The position numbers and the translations under genes are program-made. Below the pieces are notes generated by a model that was not told where the DNA came from, searched no databases, and saw nothing but the letters and a program-made list of their open reading frames with translations. A DNA stretch of 64,000 nt from Polyangiales bacterium (GTDB lineage Bacteria; Myxococcota_A; Polyangia; Polyangiales; Houyiibacteriaceae): contig JBGCFM010000069.1 in the NCBI GenBank assembly GCA_045106895.1, positions 1 to 64,000 of the forward strand, given 5' to 3'. The stretch's first letter is position 1, and each line of letters begins with the position of its first letter. This document shows positions 28,848 to 39,413 of this stretch, piece after piece.

Positions 28848-31064
28848 ATGACACTCGACGACACTATGCTTCAAGATGTGCTTCGCCAGTTGCACAACTG
28901 CGTGGACGACCGGCGTGCCGATGCGCACGACGTGGCGGGCGGCTTGGAGTCACTGGTTGCGAGCGCAAACGCTGCTCAGGCGCGTGTCTTGTCCCAAGCC
29001 GGCGCGATGATCCACGCGTACGCGGAGCAGGACATCGAGTTGGGTCCGGCCACCGACGGCGTTTGGCGAATGCTGCAAACGATCTCGGTGGGGCGACTGA
29101 CGCTCCCGGGCGCTCCGCCGCCGCAAACTCCGCCGATGCCCCAAAGGGACGAAGATCCGACGGAGCGAATGGAGCTTCCTCGTCACGCCGCCGAAGCCAC
29201 TGCCGCGAAAGTCGCGGTGCCCGAGATGCCGAAGTTCGTCATCGTCCGAGAGGAGGCCGACCTTATTGTCGAATGTGCAGAAGAGTGCATTGAGAACGTT
29301 GGAGCCGCCGAAAATGCGATCCTGGAGCTCGAAACGGACCCGGATAGCGACGAGCTCGTCAATACCGTTTTTCGTGCGTTTCATACCATCAAGGGCATCG
29401 CCGGATTTCTCGACCTTGGACCCGTTTCTCATCTCTCCCACAGTGCCGAATCACTTTTGTCCAAGGTTCGCTCAAAAGAACTTACGCTCAATCAAGGGCA
29501 CTCCACGGCCTTGCTTCAGTCTGTGGACTGCCTCGGGAAGATGTTGGCGGACCTTCAGCGCGGGGAGGGCCCCGACGGAGGTATTCGCATCGATGTTCCG
29601 GAGAACTGGTCGTTGGTGTACGAGAGCCTGAGTACCGCAACGGAACCCTCAGCCTCCTCGGTGTCTTTAGCTCCTGCGGCCCTCTCTGGAGACACAAACG
29701 CCCAACCCTTTGCCCCTACCCCGGACGAGTCGCCGGAGGTCGTAGCGGCGGTTGCTGCTCCCGACCCCGCTCTCGGCGGTGAGGACAAGGAGTCGGAGGA
29801 GACGGACGAATCCGCTCAGGTATCGAAGCCCAAAGTAGAGTCCAAGAACACAAAGTCGTCGGCCGACGCGTTTGTTCGTGTCCGAACCGACCGACTGGAC
29901 CAGCTACTCGATGCTGTCGGCGAGTTGGTCATCGCTCAAACCATGGTGTCGGACCGCTCCGCATTGATCGAAGCGGAGAATACGGAGTTCGCCGAGACGA
30001 TCTCCCAAACCGGAAAGATCGTTCGCGAACTGCAGGACCTCGCGATGTCGCTGCGCATGGTGCCGATGGCGTCCACGTTTCAACGTATGAGCCGCGTCGC
30101 CCGCGACGTCGCGACAAAGTGCCAACGGCAGGTTCGTATGGAGACCGTCGGCGAGGACACTGAGATCGACAGAAACCTGGTCAGTCTTCTCAGTGAGCCC
30201 CTCATTCATATGATTCGAAACGCCGTCGACCACGGCATCGAGTCTGGTGAAGCACGCATCGCCGCTGGAAAAGACCCGGTGGGAACCGTGACTCTTTCCG
30301 CCACCGCCGAAGCCGGACGAATCGCGGTTCGAATCCGCGACGACGGCGGTGGTCTCAACGCGGAAAAGCTCATCGAGAAGGCGCGGAAAAACGGCATCCT
30401 CGGACCGAACGAGAAGATCAGCGATGCCGACGCTTTTCGTCTCATCTTTCATGCGGGGTTCTCGACCGCGGAGAAGGTCACAGCCACTTCCGGGCGAGGC
30501 GTCGGCATGGACGTTGTGCGACGAAACGTGGAGCTTCTTGGCGGGAGAATTCAGGTCGATTCCGTACTCGGTGAGGGCACCACGTTCAGCATCTACGTCC
30601 CACTGACGTTGGCCATTACAGACGGGATGATCGTGGGCGTCGCTGAGGAACGCTACATCCTTCCAACTCTGAATATCGTCATGAGCTTCCAGCCTAGCGC
30701 AGACATTCTCGCGTGCGTCCCCGGATGCGGCGAGGTTGTTCTGGTTCGTGGCCGACCAATCCCCATCGTCCGTATGCACGATATCTTCGATATCGACGGT
30801 GCCTGTACCTCGCCGACAAGAGCTCTTCTCGTTCTTATGGCCGACGGCGAACGCCGCTTCGCCCTTCTTGTGGACGAAGTGGTGGGTCAGCACCAGGTCG
30901 TCACCAAAGCCCTTGATGTTGGCGCTCAGTCTATTCCAGGACTCGGCGGCGCTGCCATTCTCGGTGATGGTCGTGTCGGCCTCATCGTAGACCCAGGCGG
31001 AATGGCGCAGCGCGTCCACCGTCGTCTTACTCCTGACACAGAACAAGTTTCGTCCCTTCACTAA
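28848..31064 (+). CDS. cheA: Chemotaxis histidine kinase CheA
   Basis: FRAFHTIKG (Hpt), [33 protein letters not shown]-terminal CheW-like domain. Confidence 0.97.
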   Translation: MTLDDTMLQDVLRQLHNCVDDRRADAHDVAGGLESLVASANAAQARVLSQAGAMIHAYAEQDIELGPATDGVWRMLQTISVGRLTLPGAPPPQTPPMPQRDEDPTERMELPRHAAEATAAKVAVPEMPKFVIVREEADLIVECAEECIENVGAAENAILELETDPDSDELVNTVFRAFHTIKGIAGFLDLGPVSHLSHSAESLLSKVRSKELTLNQGHSTALLQSVDCLGKMLADLQRGEGPDGGIRIDVPENWSLVYESLSTATEPSASSVSLAPAALSGDTNAQPFAPTPDESPEVVAAVAAPDPALGGEDKESEETDESAQVSKPKVESKNTKSSADAFVRVRTDRLDQLLDAVGELVIAQTMVSDRSALIEAENTEFAETISQTGKIVRELQDLAMSLRMVPMASTFQRMSRVARDVATKCQRQVRMETVGEDTEIDRNLVSLLSEPLIHMIRNAVDHGIESGEARIAAGKDPVGTVTLSATAEAGRIAVRIRDDGGGLNAEKLIEKARKNGILGPNEKISDADAFRLIFHAGFSTAEKVTATSGRGVGMDVVRRNVELLGGRIQVDSVLGEGTTFSIYVPLTLAITDGMIVGVAEERYILPTLNIVMSFQPSADILACVPGCGEVVLVRGRPIPIVRMHDIFDIDGACTSPTRALLVLMADGERRFALLVDEVVGQHQVVTKALDVGAQSIPGLGGAAILGDGRVGLIVDPGGMAQRVHRRLTPDTEQVSSLH

Positions 31065-31072
31065 AAGGCAGA

Positions 31073-33640
31073 ATGATGTCCCAGTCCGATTCCAAAACTG
31101 CTCCAGGTCGACGCGTATCGCTCGCCGCGAAGTTCGCGGCTGTTCTGGTGCTCTTCGCTGCTGTTCCGCTCGTCGTCGTGGCGCTGCTGACACAAGCGTC
31201 TCTCGGCACCCTTCAAGAACAAGCGCTTGCAGATTCTCAAGCGAAAGCGCGTGTCATCGGTGACCGAATCGATCGAAGTCTCTTCGAACGCTACGGGGAC
31301 GTTCAGGCCTTTGGTCTCAACACCATCGTGCGAGACCAGGCTCTCTGGTATGCGCCGGAGTCGCCCATCGTTGAGGCGATGAATCAGTATGTGGCCACCT
31401 ACGGCATCTACTCGTTGACGATTCTCGCCGACTTGGAAGGGCGCGTCATTGCTGTCAACAGCTCTGACGACCGCGGGCAGAGTATCGACACTTCTTTTCT
31501 CTACGGTCAGAGCGTGGCGAGCGCGGAGTGGTTTCAGGCCGCACGGCGTGGAGAGTCGACGACGTCCACTCGGTTTACGGGGCCCGGAAACGATGTCTCG
31601 TCGGGCACGTTTATCGAAGATGTTCACATCGATGGGCTCGTGCGTCGTGCCTACCCGAACGGAGACGCACGTTCCCTCGGGTTTAGCGCGCCGGTGCGCA
31701 ATGCCGCGGGGGACGTCATCGCCATTTGGTCCAATCGCGCAAAGTTCAGTCTCGTCGAGGAAATCGTTGCCAGTTCCGTTCAAGAGCAAAACGCCTCCGG
31801 GTTGGACACCTTCGAGGTATTTCTGGTGAACAGCGGTGGGACTGTTCTTTCCGGCTGGCACGACGGCAGCTTAGTCGACGACCCTTCCGTTGTGCTTCGT
31901 GAGTCCCTCGAGGACTTCGGTCTCGGCGACATCGCCAGCGCCGCGACCTCTGGTGAGTCCGCGGGTGTCGCTCTTGAAGAGCATCTCGCCGGCACCATGC
32001 CCCTCGTGGGAGCCCTCGGATACCCGGGGACGGAGTGGAGCGTCGTTACACGGGTGGACACGTCGGAGGCGATGGCGAACGCGGAGCAGATTCGCAGCAT
32101 TCTTCTCTGGACGACATTGGGCGCCATCGCGCTTCTCTTTGTCTTTGGGTTCATCCTCGCGCGGCTTGCGATGCGACCCGTGATTGAGATGGCCCGAGTT
32201 GCACGACGCATGGCGAAGGGTGACTTCGACGTGACCATTGAAAGAACATCGCGGGACGAACTAGGAGACCTCGGCGATGCGCTCGGAGAGACGGTTCGCT
32301 ACGTCAATGAAACCGAACATATCGTGACCCAGGTCGCCGAAGGTCAGCTCGATATCGAAGTGGTACCGCGCTCCGAAGACGACACTCTGTCGCACGGGAT
32401 TCTCCGTATGCGAGATTCACTTCAGTATCTGGCGGCGGAGACAAGCCAAGTCATCGCAAGCGTAAAGATCGGCCAACTCGACACGAAGGGTGACGCGAGC
32501 GAACTCCGCGGCGTCTACCGGGAGCTCCTCGACGGCCTCAACACCACCGTCGCCTCCATCGCCGTTCCGGTGAGCGATGTACTCTCTTCGCTAGACGCGC
32601 TCGCGAAGCGAGACCTCACGAAGCGCATGGCCAGTCACTACGAAGGCCAGTTCCAGAAAATCGCCCAGCGCTACAACTCGGCGACGCAGAACCTTGACGA
32701 AGCGCTTGGACAGGTGGCGAGCGCTGCGGCCCAAGTGATGACCGCCGCCGACGAAATCAACACGGGCAATCAGTCCATCGCGGAAACCGCATCGGACAAC
32801 GCGAGCTCACTTGAGGAGGTGACTAGCTCACTGCAAGAGATCACCTCGATGGGTCGTCAGAACGCCACGCGTTCGACGGAGGCTCGAACCACCGCCGACG
32901 GTGCGAGCGAAGCCGCAGACGAAGGTGGCGCGAGTATGGGTCGTTTGTCCACGGCGATTCAGGACATTCGCTCCTCCGCCGAAGAGACCGCAAAGATCGT
33001 CAAGACCATCGACGAGATCGCGTTCCAAACAAACCTCTTGGCACTCAACGCCGCCGTCGAAGCTGCGCGTGCAGGAGATGCGGGCAAGGGCTTCGCCGTC
33101 GTCGCCGAGGAGGTGCGGAGTTTAGCGAGGCGTTCGGCGGAGGCTGCGCGCAGCACCGCGCAGCTCATCGAGTCGAGTCTCGAGAAGACCAACGCGGGCG
33201 TGGCCATGAATGCTGAAGTCACCGAGGCTTTTATTCGTATTCAGCAACAGGTGAACGAGGTGTCCAGCGTGATGGTCGAAATCAGCGAAGCGTCGACGCA
33301 GCAGTCGGACGGCGTTGGTCAAATCAACGTTGCGATTGAGACGATGTCCCAGTCGACTCAGTTGAACGCGGCTACGACAGAGGAATCTGCGAGTTCCGCT
33401 CATGAGCTTTCAAGCCAGGCGGAAGCTCTTCGTTCTATGCTCTCCAGTTTTCAGGTGAGCCATCATGCGATGTCAGGGCAAAGCTACCAAAATCACGATG
33501 CGGGACCTCCGCCCATGCCGAACTCGTCGGGCCAGGGAAGCCCACGGGCGGAAGCGACCAGAAACCGCGCGCCGGCGGAAGACCTCATCCCGTTTGAAGA
33601 CATGGGTGCCGCGGACTCTTCTGTCTTGATGAGCTTCTGA
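31073..33640 (+). CDS. Methyl-accepting chemotaxis protein with large periplasmic Cache-like domain and HAMP domains
   Basis: Two TM helices; [49 protein letters not shown]. Confidence 0.97.
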   Translation: MMSQSDSKTAPGRRVSLAAKFAAVLVLFAAVPLVVVALLTQASLGTLQEQALADSQAKARVIGDRIDRSLFERYGDVQAFGLNTIVRDQALWYAPESPIVEAMNQYVATYGIYSLTILADLEGRVIAVNSSDDRGQSIDTSFLYGQSVASAEWFQAARRGESTTSTRFTGPGNDVSSGTFIEDVHIDGLVRRAYPNGDARSLGFSAPVRNAAGDVIAIWSNRAKFSLVEEIVASSVQEQNASGLDTFEVFLVNSGGTVLSGWHDGSLVDDPSVVLRESLEDFGLGDIASAATSGESAGVALEEHLAGTMPLVGALGYPGTEWSVVTRVDTSEAMANAEQIRSILLWTTLGAIALLFVFGFILARLAMRPVIEMARVARRMAKGDFDVTIERTSRDELGDLGDALGETVRYVNETEHIVTQVAEGQLDIEVVPRSEDDTLSHGILRMRDSLQYLAAETSQVIASVKIGQLDTKGDASELRGVYRELLDGLNTTVASIAVPVSDVLSSLDALAKRDLTKRMASHYEGQFQKIAQRYNSATQNLDEALGQVASAAAQVMTAADEINTGNQSIAETASDNASSLEEVTSSLQEITSMGRQNATRSTEARTTADGASEAADEGGASMGRLSTAIQDIRSSAEETAKIVKTIDEIAFQTNLLALNAAVEAARAGDAGKGFAVVAEEVRSLARRSAEAARSTAQLIESSLEKTNAGVAMNAEVTEAFIRIQQQVNEVSSVMVEISEASTQQSDGVGQINVAIETMSQSTQLNAATTEESASSAHELSSQAEALRSMLSSFQVSHHAMSGQSYQNHDAGPPPMPNSSGQGSPRAEATRNRAPAEDLIPFEDMGAADSSVLMSF

Positions 33641-34680
33641 TGAGTGCGCGTGTACTCATGATTGATGACAGTCCGGCCATGCGTCGCCTTTTGGCGTCGC
33701 GCGTGCGGACGGCGAAGAACATCGAAGTTGTGGGGATGGCGGGAGACCCCTACGAAGCCCGAGACAAAATCGCCGAACTTCAGCCGAACGTGCTCACCCT
33801 CGATATCGAGATGCCGCGCATGAACGGTCTCGACTTTTTACGCCGCCTTATGCGTCACCATCCGATCCCTACGGTGGTCGTAAGCACGTTGGCTGGCCCA
33901 CGGACCGCGGTGGCCATCGAAGCACTTCAGTTGGGGGCGGTGCTCGCTCTGGGGAAGGATGAAGCAAAAAAGCCGGGCGTTCTTGCAGACGCGATACGGA
34001 GTGCCCATGGCGCCAACGTCTCTATTCTCGGCGTCAGCAGAGGTCGACCCCCTATCCGAAGTGGCTCGCCCAAGGTCGCGTCGAGCAGCAAGAAGTGCGA
34101 CGTTATCGCGATTGGAGTCTCGACCGGCGGGCCCCATGCGCTGGCGAAGGTCTTTGCCGACCTGCCGCCCGGATTGCCACCTATCGTGGTGGTCCAGCAT
34201 ATGCCAGCGGAGTTTACTGCTCCACTTGCTTCACGACTGAATGGTCTTAGCGCCGTCAACGTCAGCGAAGCGGTACACGGACGAGTACTGGGGCGCGGCG
34301 AAGCGGTCATCGCGCCAGGCGGCCGTCATCTCAGGATTCGGAAGAATGGCGCCCGAGTGATCACGGAGCTCAGTGATGACGCGGAGGTGGAATATCACCG
34401 TCCAAGCGTGGATGTGCTCTTTCGCAGCGTCGCACGAACCAAGTTGAACTGTCTCGCGATTGTGATGACCGGAATGGGGCGCGACGGTGCGTCGGGTCTT
34501 CTCGCGCTAAGAAACGCTGGCGCTCTGACGTTGGCGCAGGATCAAGCAACGAGCTTGGTCTACGGCATGCCGCAGGAAGCTGTGAAGAACGGGGCCGCGA
34601 TGAGCGAAGTGCCCCTATCACGCATTGCCGAAACCCTGGCAAGAATCGCCGCGGGTTCGACGGAGAGGAAGAGCGCGTGA
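33640..34680 (+). CDS. cheB: Chemotaxis methylesterase CheB
   Basis: Receiver domain (LDIEMP); GVSTGG, VQHMP, HRPSVD, MTGMGRDG. Confidence 0.97.
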   Translation: MSARVLMIDDSPAMRRLLASRVRTAKNIEVVGMAGDPYEARDKIAELQPNVLTLDIEMPRMNGLDFLRRLMRHHPIPTVVVSTLAGPRTAVAIEALQLGAVLALGKDEAKKPGVLADAIRSAHGANVSILGVSRGRPPIRSGSPKVASSSKKCDVIAIGVSTGGPHALAKVFADLPPGLPPIVVVQHMPAEFTAPLASRLNGLSAVNVSEAVHGRVLGRGEAVIAPGGRHLRIRKNGARVITELSDDAEVEYHRPSVDVLFRSVARTKLNCLAIVMTGMGRDGASGLLALRNAGALTLAQDQATSLVYGMPQEAVKNGAAMSEVPLSRIAETLARIAAGSTERKSA

Positions 34681-35513
34681 CACCCAAGTATCTAGACGCG
34701 GGTGAGTTCAAGCGAGTGTGCGCGATCGCGTATCGGTGCGCCGGAATTGACATCGGCGCGAACAAAGTACAGATGGCGTCGGCGAGAGTGCGAACTCGAA
34801 TGCGGGCGTTGTCTATTTCTGACTTTACCCAATACCTGGACCTTGCCGAACGGGACAAAGTAGAGCTTGGACACCTCGTCGACCAGCTCACGACCAACGA
34901 GACACGTTTCTTCCGCGAACCGGCACACTTCGACTTTGTCGCGAAGAATGTGTGGCCCACGGCGCAGTCTCCCCTTCGCGTTTGGTGTGCCGCGGCTTCC
35001 ACAGGTGAAGAGCCATACACGATCGCGATGTCGATTCTCGAAAACCCCGGGCGCGGGACGCCGGGCGCGAAGATTCTCGCCACGGACCTGTCTCCAACAG
35101 TTGTCGAGACGGCGAAAAAAGCTTGCTACGACGAGTCTCGCTTGAAGGGCGTAGATTCCAAACTTCGCAAGCGATACTTCAAGCCGAGTGGTCAGCCGAA
35201 TCAGTACGTTGTCGTGCCGAGGGCGCGTAATATGCTGCATTTTGCGGTGCTCAACCTCATGGGAGCTTGGCCCATGAAAGGTCCCTTCGACATCATCTTT
35301 CTACGAAACGTGATGATCTACTTTGATGCTCCAACGCGCCAATGGCTATGCCGTCGCATGGCGACGCTTCTGCGACCCGGCGGCCACCTGCTCATCGGTC
35401 ACTCGGAAACACTTGGGCGCTCCGCGCCGGGTCTCAACTCGGTTCAGCCGGCGGTCTATCGACGCAACAACGAACCTGTCTTCGTTGGCCGCCGCGGGGG
35501 CCAGGCCGCATGA
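34677..35513 (+). CDS. cheR: Chemotaxis methyltransferase CheR
   Basis: TTNETRFFRE, WCAAASTGEEPY, ATDLS, RNVMIYF. Confidence 0.97.
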   Translation: MTPKYLDAGEFKRVCAIAYRCAGIDIGANKVQMASARVRTRMRALSISDFTQYLDLAERDKVELGHLVDQLTTNETRFFREPAHFDFVAKNVWPTAQSPLRVWCAAASTGEEPYTIAMSILENPGRGTPGAKILATDLSPTVVETAKKACYDESRLKGVDSKLRKRYFKPSGQPNQYVVVPRARNMLHFAVLNLMGAWPMKGPFDIIFLRNVMIYFDAPTRQWLCRRMATLLRPGGHLLIGHSETLGRSAPGLNSVQPAVYRRNNEPVFVGRRGGQAA

Positions 35514-36013
35514 GTGCGCCATTGCAGAGCGGATCGCGAAACCGAATTACCCTCGGGCTTGCGGAGTTCGAAACCAGTCGGTCTCCCGACGTGACGTTCA
35601 TCACTTATGCTCTGGGTTCATGCCTTGGCATTACTCTGTATGATCCCGTCGCGCGCGTCGGCGGCCTTCTTCACGTCATGTTGCCCAGCGCTAGCGTTGA
35701 CCCCGCCAAGGCCAAGACGCGTCCAGGTATGTTCGTCGACACAGGGCTTCCGCATCTGTTTCACTCCGCCTACAAACTCGGCGCCGTCAAGTCGAGGCTC
35801 ATCGTCAAAGTTGCCGGTGGAGCAACGCGCCTCCAAAGTGAGACCCAGCGTATTGCCGCTCGCAATATTGCCGCCGCGCGAAAGATCCTCTGGCAAAACA
35901 GCGTTCTGATCACCGCCGCCGACACCGGGGGAAAGAACCCACGCACGATGAGTCTTCGACTCTCGGACGGCGAGGTCATGATCAAGACTCATCAACGCTC
36001 CTATCAACTTTGA
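35510..36013 (+). CDS. cheD: Chemoreceptor glutamine deamidase CheD
   Basis: TYALGSCLG, GLLHVMLP, KVAGGA, DTGG..PR; ATGA overlap with cheR. Confidence 0.93.
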   Translation: MSAPLQSGSRNRITLGLAEFETSRSPDVTFITYALGSCLGITLYDPVARVGGLLHVMLPSASVDPAKAKTRPGMFVDTGLPHLFHSAYKLGAVKSRLIVKVAGGATRLQSETQRIAARNIAAARKILWQNSVLITAADTGGKNPRTMSLRLSDGEVMIKTHQRSYQL

Positions 36014-36022
36014 AGGAATCCT

Positions 36023-36445
36023 ATGGCAATCGATGTACTCATCTGTGACGACAGCGCCGTGATGCGCAACATGGTCAAACGCGCACTCAACATGACGGGT
36101 CTCGCGATCGGAAACGTGGACTTCGCCAATCATGGCGATGACGCGATCGAGAAGGTGAGCGGGCGCTCGTACGACCTTCTCTTGTTGGACGTCAACATGC
36201 CCGTCCGAGACGGAGTGTCCGCTCTCACCGAGATCCGACGAGCCGAGGAGGGTCATGGGATATCCGTTGTCGCGGTGACCAGCGAAGGAAGCGATGAGAA
36301 GCGACAAGCGCTCCGCGATCTTCGTGCGTCGATCGTCTCCAAACCCTTTACAGCAGAACAACTCGTGGACGGCATCCTGGATGCCATAAGGAACCCCTAT
36401 GGAATGGCAGAAACCCCTCAAAGAGCTGTGCTTACGAGTTTTTGA
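36023..36445 (+). CDS. cheY: CheY-like response regulator
   Basis: ICDDS, LDVNMP, VTSE, KPFT; located inside the che operon. Confidence 0.9.
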   Translation: MAIDVLICDDSAVMRNMVKRALNMTGLAIGNVDFANHGDDAIEKVSGRSYDLLLLDVNMPVRDGVSALTEIRRAEEGHGISVVAVTSEGSDEKRQALRDLRASIVSKPFTAEQLVDGILDAIRNPYGMAETPQRAVLTSF

Positions 36446-36833
36446 AACAATGTGTTTCGCCGTCCCGCTGGACGACGAGGACGCTTCGCAGCCGCCCGAC
36501 GTCGGGTATTCCGTCGCGTTCAAGAGCGCGGACCCCAACGCCGTGCCGGCGGCTGAAGGCTGTCTTTGGGTGGGCCTGCAAGACGAATGCGCAATGGAGA
36601 TGGTCTCGAGCATGCTCGGCGATCCGTGCCCTGCGCCCGAAGACCTACGTGACGGCGTGGCCGAACTTGCCAACGTGATCGTCGGACAGCTCTTCCTCAC
36701 CCACGCTCCGAACTCAGGTCACCACCTCGGTACACCCATCTACAGCCCAAAACCGCCGGCTGGACAGTCCATCGCAGAGGTGACGTTTACTTTCGACACG
36801 GGCAGTGCCGCCGTCATTCTCGCGTCTTCATAG
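36399..36833 (+). CDS. cheX: CheX-like phosphatase
   Basis: VFETMCF N-terminus; DGVAELANVIVG with E-x2-N motif; LGTP. Confidence 0.8.
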   Translation: MEWQKPLKELCLRVFETMCFAVPLDDEDASQPPDVGYSVAFKSADPNAVPAAEGCLWVGLQDECAMEMVSSMLGDPCPAPEDLRDGVAELANVIVGQLFLTHAPNSGHHLGTPIYSPKPPAGQSIAEVTFTFDTGSAAVILASS

Positions 36834-36847
36834 AAGAGCCACGCTTT

Positions 36848-36864
36848 TGGGCCTACAGATTGCG
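36848..36864 (+). promoter_or_regulatory. Possible sigma54 (-24/-12) promoter
   Basis: TGGGCCTACAGATTGCG has GG-N10-GC spacing with TTGC, about 70 nt upstream of 36932; imperfect -24 box. Confidence 0.3.
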
Positions 36865-36931
36865 CCACAGCTTCCGTTCGTGAAGACAGCATGGCTCGAC
36901 ACCCTAGGACGACCGCACGAGGAGAACGCGT

Positions 36932-37897
36932 GTGAGTATGAAAGCGAAAGCGCTTCGGCGGGGGTGCGCTGAATGGGAACTGATCGTCGAACGTTTGGTG
37001 CGTGTCGGGAACGACCACTACAAGCCCCAGCGTTCGTCGGTGCACGGCAGCGAAAAGATCCTCGAAACACTTGCGAACCTCGATTCTGGTCTCGTTGAAG
37101 AAGCGGCGAGGGCGATGGCCGGGGAACATCCGACTTACAAATTCAAGGGCGGTCGCTTACAGCCGTGGGACGCTCAGCAGAGCATTTCGACGGAGCAGGA
37201 CGACAGCGAACTCTCCCGACTCAGACGCCGGTGTGGGCGTCTTGAAAGTCGCGTAGATTCCCTTGAGCGCGCTCTTCGGCGAAGAGCGGAACCGAAGCGG
37301 AGAAACTCTTCCACAGCCTCTCCGTTGTCGGAGCCTTCAGTGTCGGCGCAGCTTTCCGAAGAGGATGCCACGGCACCCAGCGGTGCGAAGCGCAGCTCCG
37401 TACCCGCCCAGGCGGCTCGAAGTACGCCGACGACGGACGAATCACAGTGCATCTCTTTCCCGACCCCGGAGACTCTGCGCAAAGCTTACGAGGACTTGCT
37501 CGGTGACGAGCTTTCATTTCGCGCGGTGTCTGCTTTTGACCCGCATGACTCGCAGCTCTACCTCGTTGACTTGCTCGATGACAATGATGAAGCCGTAGGG
37601 GTGATTGGCGCAGACCTTCGAGCCGTCGTGTTTCAGGCGGGCGCGCTTACGATGATGGCGAAAGAGGAGCGCGAGATGGTGTTTCAAGGTGGCGAGCCCA
37701 ACGAAGACATGATGGAGGCGATGAAGGAACTCTTCACGGTTCACGCGCGCTGCTTTTGTGGAGTCCCCGGAAACCCCCACGTGCGAACGGGCCCGATCCG
37801 ACGACTCACGGAGGATGACACTTGGCTCGCTACCCCCGCTGCGTCGATGGCTCTTCAGGACGGCTTCGACGGGCGAATGCTCTTGGCGTCTCGTTAG
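36932..37897 (+). CDS. Chemosensory-associated protein, paralogue B of 24844..26187
   Basis: Shares KALRR..W, HYKPQR, EHP.Y, PW, GNPH.R and D.F.G with paralogue A; GAGGAG RBS. Confidence 0.75.
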   Translation: MSMKAKALRRGCAEWELIVERLVRVGNDHYKPQRSSVHGSEKILETLANLDSGLVEEAARAMAGEHPTYKFKGGRLQPWDAQQSISTEQDDSELSRLRRRCGRLESRVDSLERALRRRAEPKRRNSSTASPLSEPSVSAQLSEEDATAPSGAKRSSVPAQAARSTPTTDESQCISFPTPETLRKAYEDLLGDELSFRAVSAFDPHDSQLYLVDLLDDNDEAVGVIGADLRAVVFQAGALTMMAKEEREMVFQGGEPNEDMMEAMKELFTVHARCFCGVPGNPHVRTGPIRRLTEDDTWLATPAASMALQDGFDGRMLLASR

Positions 37898-37957
37898 AGA
37901 CCGAAACTCGCTTCGAGACGATTTGGACGTGCCAACCAAGGCTGCTAAGGGCCTGCC

Positions 37958-39310
37958 ATGAAAGCACGTGTGATCGGAGCAGGGCTCGCTGGTAGCGAGG
38001 CCGCATGGCAGCTGGCGGAGGCGGGGGTCGCCGTAACGTTGGTGGAGCAGAAGCCGAAGAAACGTACGCCGGCGGCGCAGCATGACTTCTTCGCGGAGCT
38101 CGTCTGCAGCAACTCGTTTCGTGGCGCTGCCCTCGCGAACGCCGTCGGGCTGCTCAAGGAAGAGATGCGGCAGTCTGGGTCGTTCATCATGGACTGCGCC
38201 GCCGGCGCGCGCGTTCCCGCGGGTGGGGCGTTCGCCGTTGACCGCGAGATCTTTGGTGCGGAGGTCACGCGCCGTCTTCACGAACACACGAACATCGATG
38301 TCGTTTGCGATGAAGTCCTGGCAATCCCAGAGCTGGACGAGCCGGTTGTGCTGGCGACGGGACCACTTACCGGGGACGCCCTCGCTGCGGACCTGGCCCG
38401 CGTCATCGGCGATGAACATCTCGCCTACTACGACGCCATCGCGCCCGTGGTTACAACGGACAGCATCAACTGGGACATCGTGTTCAAGGCCTCCCGCTAC
38501 GGGAAGGGCGACGACGCCGCCTATGGCAACTGTCCGATGAATGAAGAAGAGTACGGAGTCTTTTTGAAAGCGGTGCTCGACTCAGAAAAGGTCGTGCCGC
38601 GTGAGTTCGAAGAGGTGAAGTACTTCGAGGGGTGCCTGCCACTGGAGATCATGGCGGAACGTGGACCCAAGACGTTGCTCTTTGGGCCCATGAAACCCGT
38701 TGGCCTCGACGACCCTCGAACCGGCCGTTGGCCCCACGCTGTAGTGCAGCTTCGTCAAGAGAACGCCGCCGGCACGGCATATAACCTCGTCGGGTTTCAG
38801 ACCCGTATGAAACACCCCGACCAAAAGCGGGTGTTTCGTCTGATCCCGGGTCTCGAAAAAGCGGAGTTTCAACGGCTCGGCAGCGTGCACCGAAACACCT
38901 TCGTCAACGCGCCCTCGGTCACCGGCGACCTCCTCGAGCTACGCGCAAAACCGGGCGTATACTTGGCGGGCCAGGTCAGCGGCGTTGAGGGCTACATCGA
39001 GAGCGCGGCCTGCGGACTTCTTGTCGGGAAGCTCCTCGCTGCGCGTTTGGCCGGGCGAGAGCTCGCGCCACCTCCAACGACGACGGCCCTCGGCGGCCTC
39101 TACAGTCATGTCCGTGTGCCACGCGACGATTTTCAGCCTTCCAACATCACGTGGAACCTGATCAACAGCGAAGATGTGCCGCGGACGGAACTCACGGCGA
39201 AGGGCAAGAAGCGAAAGATCGGAAAAGCCGAGCGGCGAGGTCAGCTGGCTGAACGCGCTCTTGCACACCTCAAAGAGTGGCGAGACGCTCAGGTGAGCGC
39301 AACCGACTAA
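37958..39310 (+). CDS. trmFO: Folate/FAD-dependent tRNA (uracil-5)-methyltransferase TrmFO
   Basis: [51 protein letters not shown]. Confidence 0.97.
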   Translation: MKARVIGAGLAGSEAAWQLAEAGVAVTLVEQKPKKRTPAAQHDFFAELVCSNSFRGAALANAVGLLKEEMRQSGSFIMDCAAGARVPAGGAFAVDREIFGAEVTRRLHEHTNIDVVCDEVLAIPELDEPVVLATGPLTGDALAADLARVIGDEHLAYYDAIAPVVTTDSINWDIVFKASRYGKGDDAAYGNCPMNEEEYGVFLKAVLDSEKVVPREFEEVKYFEGCLPLEIMAERGPKTLLFGPMKPVGLDDPRTGRWPHAVVQLRQENAAGTAYNLVGFQTRMKHPDQKRVFRLIPGLEKAEFQRLGSVHRNTFVNAPSVTGDLLELRAKPGVYLAGQVSGVEGYIESAACGLLVGKLLAARLAGRELAPPPTTTALGGLYSHVRVPRDDFQPSNITWNLINSEDVPRTELTAKGKKRKIGKAERRGQLAERALAHLKEWRDAQVSATD

Positions 39311-39413
39311 GGCACGTGTAGGAAGCCGCGCATCAAGCCATTGAGCGCTTCGAGGAGGTACGGGTCGTCAACGTCGTAGCTCTCGGCGACGACGTCGGTA
39401 AACGTTGACGTGT

